Shown piece by piece: positions 52,011 to 64,000 of a stretch of 64,000 bases of DNA. Below the pieces are notes generated by a model that did no database searches, was not told the origin of the DNA, and was given only the letters and a program-made list of their open reading frames with translations. Source of the stretch: Bispira polyomma (lineage: Eukaryota); the NCBI GenBank assembly GCA_965649765.1, contig OZ287748.1, positions 29,512,001 through 29,576,000 of the forward strand, given 5' to 3'. The position numbers were made by a program, and so were the translations under genes. Positions within the stretch are counted from its first letter, which is position 1; each line of letters starts with the position of its first letter.

Positions 52011-53949
52011 CTTACCCTTTACCCAGCTGGTATTACCATTTATGTGTGAGTCATATGTCCTATTATTACATCCGCACACCCAGGTGATGTTCTAAAAAAA
52101 AAATGTTATCAGTCCGATCATCAACAAGGCTTGGCATCTTTGCATCATTTGTGTAAAAATTATGCAAGCAAATTTTACCACTCATTTTAAACAGAATAGC
52201 CCTAAACCCGTCTTAATTAGGCAAAAACCTAATCTACGTCCCACACCACCATTAGAAGCAAAGTATAACAGAAGTTAAGACAGTAAAGTTCACTACAGAG
52301 CTCTTGATGACTTGTATTTCTATTTCTATTGAAAAAATTCATTCGTTCATATAATTATTAATCTTATTTTACAAATCAAGATATATTTAGTGTCCCTCAC
52401 CACATTTATTTAAATAAATAATGTATATATATTACACTGTGTGGTGTAATCAAATTGTGAAGATCTTGTATGCTTGGTTTCATATATACATTTTTGTCAG
52501 TTGAATAAACTGCCCATTTGAATCCACATCTTGTCTTTTCATCTTAGTTTATAAATAGTCCTGAATTTGGGCTGATATAAATACATATTTACAACTTTAA
52601 GTACTGCACATTGTGAGCAACATAGTTGTCACCTTATTAACATTATAAACGTTAAAATTGTTCTCATATCTTAACTTTAGCCTATATTTAGTAACAATAG
52701 AAGCTGAAACAGATTCCAGATGACTGCTAGCATTAACACTTGTTAGGATGCTTCTTATAAGAAACAACTCCACGCACCTTATGGTAGGCTGAATTGTTGT
52801 TTTTTAATATGATGAAAATGTTAGAATGGTTATATTTAATTCTCAATCATAGTTACTCCACCAGCCATACCAATAGCAGTTATCTGAGATGTCAGTGTTG
52901 TAAACCAATACATTATTTATGCATTTCCCTGTGAAAAAAAACATATCCATTGGGTATTTACAGTTTCTTCTTATAACAACAGTGGCAACAGAACTAGGAC
53001 TTGGAATTCAATCCCTCATAGCTTAGATCATGTGTATTGCCAAAAAAATAATAATGTGATGAACAAGATGTATATTTTATTTGCTTTTTAATACATATTG
53101 ATATCATAAAATTTTTCATTTTCATGTTTTTTGGTTGTTTTTTTTCGAAAATAAACCCCCAAATTCAATACAGCACAATGTTTTATTATAATGGTTATCC
53201 ATCACACAAATACAGTCAAGAAATTCTACCGGGAATATTTTTTTTGTCCAAATGGCGAAACTAGAGCTAAATGTACAATAGATCCAATCTAGCAATGGTT
53301 TCTTTAGCCAGCCATGGGAAATAGGGTACAATGGTAAGAAAGCCTTCTCGATTTACCCGTATTTATTCCTTATCCACAACCTGGAGAGTTTATGTAGCTC
53401 TTGGACTGGTCTTCTCTTGTGGCACTTGTCCTTGTCATGTTTTGTCAGTCCAAGTTCTAAGATGTGAAAGCAATAAGTTAAGATGATTCCCAAAGAAGTT
53501 TGTTGGAATAAGTTTATAAGTCAATAAAACTCTGTTTGAGGATTTTATTTTTTACACGTTAGTATATATGTACATGTACAGATAAGATGTAAAGTAATAA
53601 AAATTTTAAAATTATTTTGAAATTTTTTGACACCCACTAACAAGTGCCATACCAATAACACAGAATATTAACATTAAGATCCCTTCATCAAATAATACAG
53701 TAGGATCATGTATGCAAGACATAATACTATAATGTTATATAGTGTTTATACAGGTAATTACCACCAGCAACATAATAATAGTATACTAAGATAATTAAAA
53801 TAACTTCATTAAAATCTGAGGGACTAGCCCCATTTTAACTCGACTTTAACATAACAGAAGCATAGGGTGTGTTATATATCCATAAGGCAACGCCTAACCG
53901 AATCTTTCCCCTGAACATACTAGTGAACTAGTTCCTAACCCAGTACATG

Positions 53950-54090
53950 GCCATAAACCTGGCATAAACTGATTGTTAGAATAAACACTATTACCCCTGT
54001 ACTGGGCAATAATCAAGCCATAAACCTGGCATAAACTGATTGTTAGAATAAACACGATTACTCCTGTACTGGGCAATAATCAAGCCATAA
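53950..54090. repeat. 68-bp tandem duplication
   Basis: gccataaacctggcataaactgattgttagaataaacac... occurs twice. Confidence 0.92.
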
Positions 54091-57070
54091 TCATGGCCAT
54101 TCAAATAAAGTTGCCTTACTAAGACAACTAATACACATATTTATAATCACATACATCATCTACATATACATATCTACATATACATATCTAATAATGGCGA
54201 CCGCCCAAGAGTGCCCAGCTCCCTTGGAGCCGGTCTATATTACTCTACATCCTGTAGGAGAGGAAAGGGGAAAGTGAATGGGGTAAAAACCTAAATTATT
54301 AAATTTTGTTATTTAGCAATACTAGTGCACTGCAGTTTATAAATATATTTTATCATTTATTTAAGTACTTGAAGCGAACTTCTAACATTAGCAACAGCCT
54401 AAGGGTGCTCAGCTACCCTAGAGTCAATCTATATTACTCTACATCCTGTAGGTGAGGAATAACCTTAAGGAAGGGATAAGATGTAACTAAACCAGTAATT
54501 TAACCGTTAACATAGCTATACCCCTAACTTACTTATCCCTAATTCACAAGGTCAAGCAATGGGTGACTTGGCCCTATTGTAACAATGGAATGAGTAAGAT
54601 CCCTCTGGAAAACTCAAAATTTTTCAAAGAAGTGCACAAACGAACTGTGATAAACCATACCAAGTTCTAACTACAATATTGGGAGGCAATCAACCAGCCC
54701 GGAACGGATTGAACCCCAGACCTGCGGCACTGACTCACCTAGCCCCGGCTGGTTTCTGCTCGCAGAGCTCCAAATTCCCTTGGCAGCCACGCCAAGGGTA
54801 AGTTTATGGAAGCAGGAACCGAACGCGACACGGTCAAGGCTCAACTCGCCCCTAAGCCGGCTGTCCCTCAATCAAGTATACTCTGCTGTGGTAAGGGGAG
54901 GTGGTAGGTTTCAAAATGTCTGTGTTACTCGTTCAAATCTCGAGTTAATAATGCTGACAAAATGGAGAGGAGCGGTCATGGGTGATTAAACTTGAATTTG
55001 ATTGGAGGTTATCACATAAACAGGAAAATAAAGGTTATATGTAACCTAAAATTGTTAAGGTTGGATAAATCTTATGTTGGACTGAACTAACAGACCCCTA
55101 GAGTAGTCGTGGTTGTGCAAACACTCGATGAATGGTATAAGCCAATAACACAAGAGTTCAAGTTCATCATTTTAATTTAGATTTTATTTCCTTCTGGGGT
55201 TCTTGTTTTACGATATACAATTGCATGTACTATTTACATTTATATACATATGTTTTACATAGCATATATATATATTAGGGCCACCTTATCTTGAAATTTT
55301 TATGCAAACTGTGTACAATTAATTACAGTAATTTAACAAAACCATGAATGTAAAACTTCCATTTAAGGTCGCTTCAATACGACCTAACTTAAACGTAACC
55401 ATAATCTCAAAATTTTTAGTTACTTTAACTTAAAATTAATGTTACCTTAATTTAATTCCGCCTTAAATTCATTAAATGTCCAACATAGAATAAACGAATG
55501 TTTCCCAAAGAGGGGTATTTTTACTTACCTGTGTTGCTAGCACATTCATCTTTAAGACACTGACATAAGTAAAATAGCAAAGTGACAGGACAAAGGCTAA
55601 TTAAAATGACAGCAAAGCTATGTGTTATTTGTTTAAAGCTTCCACTTAGTTAGAGCCTGACCTTATCAATGTGTTAAATACTTTTCGTAAATCTTATTTT
55701 GCTTATCACTGCTTAAATCTATCACGCCATGTGGCTCCCAGAAATATGCTTGTAAGTTATCATAAGCGAAATCAGTGTTTCAAAAACAAACCTATTTGTG
55801 TTTAGCTAAGGAAAAAAGCAAATCAAAAACTTTAGCAAAATATGAAAGTGGCCCAATGATGAACCTCATTAGATCAAGAGAAAACAGAGCCTTATAATTG
55901 CTGGAGGACATGGGATTGGAATGACTAATAGATGTCTGGTATTTCAGAGATGGGACAATTTTACAACAGGTGTCTTATTACACTGTGCCATTCTTTCTGA
56001 GTGTAACCTACACCATTATTACACTGGAGTTGGCTTATGAGCGACTGTCCGAGGTTGTTCATGAATATGAAATAGATCTGAGTTAACAACTTCCTATGAT
56101 CGAATATTTAGTAAAAAAATTGTCATTTATTAGTATAATACCTAATGCTATCAACAACTACAGAAAAAAAAAATATTTCACGTTCTCGTTTGCTTTGGAA
56201 TAAAAGTACTAAAAGTGATGCTTGTGTTGGGTCTATTTTTAGCATGTGGTTATACGTGTGAGTTACTAAATCAAAGAAAATAAGACGAGGGTGAGTCCTC
56301 TGGTGGGGCTAGGTGTACTGTATATCATTTTAGTTATATCCTATATTTATCTTTATTATAGTATACTTACTTTTAGTGCATTTTACTAGTTATATTTAAC
56401 CTTATATTTATAAAAAAATAGTACATATGTATAATTATATTGTAAAGTTTCACTTACAATGCTTGGTACATCTTAAGGTAACCTTATACTAAAGCAGTTA
56501 AGCTAACCTTTTATTAAGTCTAAAGGTAATTTAAAAACGCTCAAGTCACCTTAACTCAATTTCACGTTTAAGGTAAACTTAAATAAATTGGGGTGACCTT
56601 AACCTTAAAGATGGTCACTTCCTCTTCACTTTGTGTAAATATTTAATATATGTTTAACCTACTAATAGATTAACATTACATTAGATTTAGACATTATAAT
56701 AAATAAATGCCCAGTAAGCGGCATGATGGTGCATATTGTTCTAATTCATATCACTTTTGACCTTTATCGGGGGTCAGCCCTGTGGACTGATATCCTATAT
56801 GCCACAATAATAAATAAAAGAAATATAAAGAAAACCCTGGTCAGTGAGTTGTAAATATAACAACAACAACAATTTAATGAAAGAAGTTATTTTGAGTGTT
56901 TTTAAATGAGCTGAAACGTCTAATTATTATTATGAAAGCGGTTACATAGGGCCATATTAACATATCATCCTGTAAGGCACTCAATCTCACTCATCATCAG
57001 CTGATAATATGGTGTGTTCACAACTTGCCCAAGGATGTTATCACACCAATAAACCAATAAAACCAAGAAG

Positions 57071-57257
57071 GAGTTGAACCTGAAAGCTTCAGATCACCAG
57101 GCCAACTCCCCCCAAACAGAGAGTTGAACCTGAAAGCTTCAGATCACCAGACCAACTCCCCCCAAACAGAGAGTTGAACCTGAAAGCTTCAGATCACCAG
57201 GCCAACTCCCCCCAAACAGAGAGTTGAACGGTGGACCTTCTGATCACCAGGCCAACT
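57071..57257. repeat. 50-bp tandem repeat, ~3.7 copies, from a minus-strand SINE head
   Basis: Units start at 57071, 57121, 57171 and 57221: gagttgaacctgaaagcttcagatcaccaggccaactccccccaaacaga. Confidence 0.93.
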
Positions 57258-57797
57258 AAGTACCCACTTGGCAATGAAAGATGACATAGTCACAATCTCT
57301 GCCAAATTATATAAGCTGATACATTTAGAATATTATCACTTTATTTATTTTATTTACTTTAAAATATTCATTTGTATCTTGTCTCTTATCTATATGGTGT
57401 CTGTTTAGCTTTGCTTTACATAAAATTTAAAAAAAAAACATATAATAGATTTTTTTGATGTTTAGGAATAGAGACCTTTTTTTTTTTTTGGTGAGTTAAA
57501 AGCGCCGCCCACTTTTACGTCGGCTTTGCAATTTTGGCTTCTTACCAAGCACGTTTCTGCCTCAGTGAAAATGTGCATTTATCGCCAATCAAATCCGGTT
57601 TCTAATTGCGGCCTGTCAGATCATATTATTTATGGAGGAAAGTATAATGATGCCACTGCTGTGTCACATTTATTGCGGAAATTTAGAAAAAACTTTCCGC
57701 AATGAATGTGACACAGCATGGCCATGTAGATCGATGCTTACCTAGGATTTCAGACGGGAATCACTGTGGGTTAAAATTTTTATACCGCTTACATTAA

Positions 57798-58498
57798 GCC
57801 TACGCTTCCTTTCAGCATATTCCGATGTCGGCCGATTTGTGTGTGTCCGACGTCGGCCGATGTAGCGCTTCTATTCATCAGATATATACCCAATATTCGT
57901 CGGATGTAGGCTTTAAAAATGGCATAAGAAATTTTATTGTGATTACTGTGCTTCTTTTTAACCATAATTCGTTAAGAAACGGCTCTGATATTTAAGTTTA
58001 AAGAGGGTTACCCATTTTTACTTGCTTATGTGTGAGTTGTGACATAGCTGCAAAACTGACGTCATTATGACGTCACCGTGACGGTATTATTTACTGTAGA
58101 AGGAACGTGACATGGGGTACCCATCTATAACCTTAAATATCTGAGCCGTTTCTTAACAGATTTTGGTGGGGAAAAAGGCACAGTAATCACAATAAAATAA
58201 CCTTTTGTATGCCATTTTCAACGTCAACATGACGACAACTGATGAATATTGCGTACATATAGGATGAAAACTATACCTATGATAGCATTTTTGCAGACAT
58301 TTTTGTTTCAAAATCGGACAGTCCTCCCGATTTTTTCCCTCCCCGAGAGATAAAATATGTTGGCAAAACAGACGTCAGCTGATGTCTGATCAGATCTGAT
58401 GCAAATCTGCTGAAAGGAAGCACTTGATAGTATTGTATAATGAGGGAAAAAATCGGCCGGCGTCGGCCGATAAATACATGCTGATAGGAAGCGTAGGC
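57798..58498. mobile_element. Non-autonomous PIF/Harbinger-like MITE with long inverted repeats
   Basis: TIR GCCTACGCTTCCT / AGGAAGCGTAGGC with TAA on both flanks. Internal arms at ~57915-58000 and ~58128-58220 are reverse complements. Confidence 0.82.
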
Positions 58499-61400
58499 TA
58501 ATGGATTTTTCTGCAACTGGCTAATCGCGATTCACGCACAAGCATTGTTTTTATAAGTTGCTTAAGTGGGAGACAGGCGTTAGATCTGTCCGATCCCCAT
58601 GTCTATAACATAAACAGTGCATCGGCTTCCGTTGCTTTCTAGCATTCCCATATGATGGTACTAAGGGATTAATTCACTGCTTTGTCAGTTTATCTCCATA
58701 GTAACTGTACCATGCTACAAAGAGATAACATACACAGAGTATCTGTATTAATCTGCAGTTTATCTATACATATTACTTTTATAACCTTTAGTTAAGTGGA
58801 AATACACAGATGTGTGATAATCTTCCATACAATCACAGTTTGTAACTATATCTCTGTCTGTTAAGTTGTTTTGAATTGTTCTGTAAATAGAAGTATTAAG
58901 TTACACATGCAGTCACTTCAAGCCACTTGGCCATAGCACAGAAATTATTTTAAAATAATTTTCCAGATTTATCAGAAAAAATATTAAATAATGAACATTG
59001 TAATAACATTTATTAATAAAAAACCGCAGTCTTTCTATTAATAAATGATAAATCAATTTTATTGATACATAACTGGTTTGTTATATTAACTTTTGCCACT
59101 AATATTGTACCTCATTGTTTCAGATAAACTTTAAGTATTGAAAATACTTTAAAATATGTACATTATGAAAGTCACTCCTTAGAAAACATCAGTCTGTTTC
59201 TGGAAGATTAAAATAACGCAAACTTTTGTAAAGAGGGTTACTAGTCTATGTCTGACCTTGAGATTGACCTTAAAAAGCAGATCAGGAAATGCAGATATAT
59301 AATAAAAATAATAATAATGAAGTTTAATTATTGTTGTACATTAGTTTTTATTTTATAATAATGGTATAGGTATCAAAAAGAATTGAAATAACCAACTGAT
59401 AGATAATAAATGAAGAGAAATTAATATAAAAGAAAAAGAGAAATTTTTTTTACAAAATTACACACAAATATTTACATGAGGAGCAATTAGACATGTACAG
59501 TATTGTGTATTAACTTTTACAGTTTTTTTTTTAAACAATTAACCATAACTGAAACTACAACACTCTATGTATTTAACATATATATTATTTGCAAGATAAA
59601 GTGACATTAATTCCTTTTAAGGTTACCTTAACAATGGTACCAGGTCTGGAAGATAGTAGAAATTCAAGTTTTAAAATTTAAAATTTATTTTAAATATACC
59701 TAGTGTCTGTTGCCCATAGTTATGGTACCCTTTTAACATAACTAATCTAAACTTAATATAAGCAAACCGTAACTAGGTTAAGTCAATAAGGTTTAAGGTC
59801 TGTCATGGCTGCTAATTGGCAATCATAGACATCGTTTGAATACGTGTTGTACATATTCTGACGATAAATGATCGATATATACATAGACATATGTTTGTAC
59901 CTTAAAATATTCTCTGTTTTTGCAAACAGTAATAACACATTATCGTTGCAGGCTTTTTTCTTCCATTACATGATATAAACAGTAATAAAGCAATATCCAT
60001 AATAACAGCAGTCCATTATTTCTAATTTGTTACTACCTGATCCAATCAAGTGGTACCATGCATTATGGTGATGTATAATTCATCACACTAAATGACAACT
60101 CAAACCAGTTCTCAGATTTTCCCCCTTTTATCTCAATTACTGTTTGACGTGATCCAGACAAAGTATTCGTTTGTTGAGCCTTCTTCGTATTAGCTTTCTA
60201 TGTCTCTAACTATCAAACTCAATACCCCAATCCCCCTACCCACTTCCCCCAATAAATACAAGGCTAAAGGGCCTTGCGATTTTAAATCGATTTTTATCTT
60301 GAAAATTGGTGTAATTTATTCTAATTAAAAAATTTCTACTTTTTTCATCAAAGAAGCGGGGCCAAGCAAACATGTCCATTAAGTACACTATTGACAATTT
60401 ATTCCCTTACAATCCCTTGTGCATATTGTGGATTGCCTATTGTGTTCATAACTCTTTCTTACCTAATCCCACAATAGAATGTTGTCCCACCCACTTTACC
60501 CCTGTTGACAATAACATCCCACACACAGAGATAAGACCTCCATGTCAGATCAATGTAAAGCACCCATTGCTCCTATAACACACAGCATCACCTCTGTATT
60601 ATGGCCCTGATTACTTTGACCAGCCTGTCCTATGTGTCACTACGGTGTCAGACATCTTTCTAAAGACCCCGATCCTGTCACTAATGCCCCCTTTACAAGA
60701 TTAGTTGCTATCGATTTTATGGATTCTTTCTCTGGACTATTTCAGAAATCTTTTGATGACTTGACACACTTTTTTTGATTCTTTACAATGGTGTTGTTTT
60801 TTTTTTGTGACAGTAAAATTGTCATCAAATTTTTTTATCATATTTTGTAATATTTACGCCAAATGCTAGAAAGACCTGAAAAACAAGTACATTACATTAA
60901 GTACGATTTTAGTATCGGGTGTAATGTAAATCCTAAGACAAATTTAGGGCTCTTGATGTAACATTTAAACTAAAATATTTTTGAAGATACTTTAACTTTC
61001 GCAATATTGCTCTGAATGTATGCCTGGTGTCCCATCAAATGCAAATTATAGACAAATTCGGCCCTATTATTATTATTAAAGGATTTATGTACCACCCTAT
61101 GATAATATATCAAGGAGCTCGCACTCCGAAAGGTGTAGTCCAGCAATATAGTCTGGTCTGTCATCAGTAGGCAATGATATGTTTACATTGTGTCGAAAGG
61201 ATGTTACCCCACAAATAACCTACCAGTATTAGCGGGTGTGGCAGCACAGACCATCCAAGCTCCAGACCAACTCCACAAACCTGTAGTTGAACAGACGACC
61301 TTCTGATCACCAGAACACCTTTCTAACCACTAGACTTTGAGAGATGAACTTGGTTTACTTTGGGTTAAACATCGCTTTCATTTGTGTCATAAATTAATGG

Positions 61401-64000
61401 GCTGTTGTTTCACTGGTGGAGGAAATAAGAACGGGGTAGTTTGTCAACATTTTCTGCTCAACAAACCACCCGTCTGCATTCAGTATGCTGCCAAACTTTC
61501 ACACCAACCCACATCTTCAGAGGTAGGAGGTGATTGTCTTACCACTAAGCTACGGATGCTCCATCGATCCTATTAGAGATAACTGTCATACCCAAAATAC
61601 CATGACTAGGTATATATTTTCAATCAAACAGCATTTCACTTTCTTTGTATAAGCTGATCCGTCTGATTTTTTTTGTGATGGTATGAAATAATTATTCTGA
61701 CATGTTTTAATTTTGGTGACAAAGTATTATCCTGGGCTTCCTTTCAGCAGTCACCGATGTAGTGCATCCTTTAAAGCGATATGTACTAAATATTTTATTT
61801 AAAAATTTTTTTTTTTAATTCGACCTGCCAATTTGTTCTCTTCCTGACCGATAAATTATGATGGTGTAACAGACGTCAGCTGACTAAAAGGAAGTCCAAG
61901 CTAAATGTTATATCAACTTATTTAATATATGTTGTGGGTTGTGTTGAACACCATTAGTTGCCCACAGTATTTGAAGAATAAGGGTGTCAAACGAAATAGA
62001 GAGATATCTAGGTGTGGAATAATGGCCCCAAAAAATTGCAATTTAACTACAGAAGAATGAGACAAAGACAGACTGGCTCACATAAGACTATCCTATCTTT
62101 CAGCAATCTCACCAGAGGAAATTGTTTCTCCACCTTTTGACTTCTTACCAAAAACTGGCCGATTCAAAATCATTGAGTGGAATAGTCTGCCTGCTAGTCT
62201 TCGCACTTAGACAAGGATTGCAGGCTTCAGTAAAATGCTCCCTTTTCTGCCTTAACATTTTGTCCACTGGTTACGACTAAACTCTGATCACAAATCTTTT
62301 CTCTTATTGGACTTTTATTTTGCATTCTGCCTGGGCTGTGTGCCACAGAGAAGCATCTCAAGTCTGGGCTTAAGGGAGCGTCTTCAGTAAAAACATTTAC
62401 CATTAGAAATTGATTTCAATCTCACTGTTCACTGAAGCTTAGACTCTCTGTACATGTGCACAGTGTTCATTTCACCATAACACACTCTGCTTGTGCATTT
62501 GGTGATGGAATCACTAATTACAACAGCCACAGAGGGTCTACTAAATATTAATTAGAAGCTTCAGTTACACCGCTGATGTGACGATTCGTCTGATTAATAA
62601 TCTGTGGATGTTTCTTTAATCTATACACACAAGAAAGCTTTGATTTGGGGTACATCTGGATATCATTTATGTAAGTCACTATTATAGTAATGTTTTGGGT
62701 AATGAGTAAACATATTATCATAAAGAATGTGATCAACTTTTTAATTAGAAACATAAAGGGAATTGAGTATCCTTTGATATATCTGATTAGTCATTAGTTT
62801 TTCCCATCAAATGTAATGTTAGGTTTTAGGGCAACTTCCATATACACGGCAGGCTGTATATGGCTACTCAAAGTCATCAGAATTGAAAGGAATCCACATG
62901 ACAAAACCATATTTTTATTTTATTCTGTACAACAACACAGTTCTTACATAGTTCCAGGAAAGTTATAATAGTTGCTTACTGTGTGTTAGATGCCAGATGC
63001 GGCATACTGCATGAATCAAAACCACCCTTTACCATAAAAGGTGGTTTATTAACAACAGCAATCTCCAGCTTGTTGAATGTCGAATGTCACTTAAGCTATA
63101 AAGGCAGGTTATTAACCTAAAATGTTATTTGTGGTGATAATGTAGCTTACTGTAAACAGTAAATGTTTGTAATAAAGATTGGGTCAGGATGTTCCACCTG
63201 CAGTTGGATTATTTTCATAAACACATCGCCAGAGTGATTTAGGCCGTCAATGTGGAACGAACCTGGCAGTGGACAACCATATTAATGGTCATCTGAGCCT
63301 GGAAACTCAAGGCTGGGATGAAACTAAGGTCCATTGCCTTTCTTAGCTGGTGTGTTACCCACTGGGCCACACAGTGAGAATTGTTAGCAGTTTTGTTTAA
63401 TATCTTCACAATAGTGCAGCCTTACACAATTTTATTGAATTTCATTTAATCAGACTTATACAAGACAAAACTCTGAAATTTCAAGAGGTTAATGGAAGAA
63501 ATTAAATAACATGTTATTGTCAAAAGTTGATAAATTAATTTAAGTTGTCATCGGATTATGATGTCTTCCGGATAACTGTTATTCTGGAAAAGGAATAATC
63601 TTTGCTTAGTTTGTTCTGTATTGTAAATATTATATCTAAATCACTTTTATGGTAAGATGTCCTTTCTTATTATATTATAGTGACTTTAATCTGATACTCT
63701 TTATTTTACAATTCTAACATGGCAAATTGTGCAGAAATATTGTTTTGTCTAATCTTATTTCTACAATGCAGTTTAACCATAAGATGACGAGGTTTCCATA
63801 TGGTTTGTCTGACACCATCATCACCTAAGCTACGACAAGGTCCCCTATCTTGATTCCCGTTTATGTACAGTCAGTCCCCAGGGCAGGACTTTTATCATCT
63901 AAAACCACACCCCTCTGTAATATCTACTGATAAAACCTACCTATGGAGCTTTAAACCAAACAGTGTTAACAGTGTTAATTCTCCTCAGCTTAGTCTGAGC

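Noticed and set aside
45700-64000. Short ORFs of 60-81 aa in the ORF track
   Set aside because: They have no motifs, many use non-ATG starts, and several overlap SINEs or MITEs. They are consistent with chance.

Overview
AT-rich, intron- and repeat-rich animal genomic DNA, probably a lophotrochozoan such as a mollusc (inference). It is not prokaryotic, and most ORFs in the supplied track are noise. (1) A minus-strand host gene has a signal peptide and at least four LDL-receptor class A repeats on phase-1 exons (35424-35211, 5692-5588, 4851-4735, 2092-1976). It has a ~29.5-kb intron, runs off the left edge, and could be a GRL101-like receptor or another LDLa-rich protein. (2) Two divergent, decayed tyrosine-recombinase retrotransposons (DIRS order, Ngaro/PAT-like) lie on the plus strand at ~23534-28745 and ~40240-45607. 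Comparing them shows signals in identical register that suggest a retrovirus-like expression programme. One is a -1 frameshift signal (A_AAA_AAC, 7-nt spacer, 7-bp hairpin with a compensatory change) joining gag to RT/RNaseH. The other is a phase-1 splice acceptor right after the pol stop that opens the recombinase frame and fits a phase-1 donor inside gag. Both elements also carry TAAGGTNACCTTA-type inverted motifs at their 3' ends. (3) The window also holds a rearranged local duplication with a ~350-bp inversion, tRNA-derived SINEs, L2/CR1 LINE tails, Harbinger-like MITEs and minisatellites. All alignments and coordinates were worked out by eye; no searches were run.
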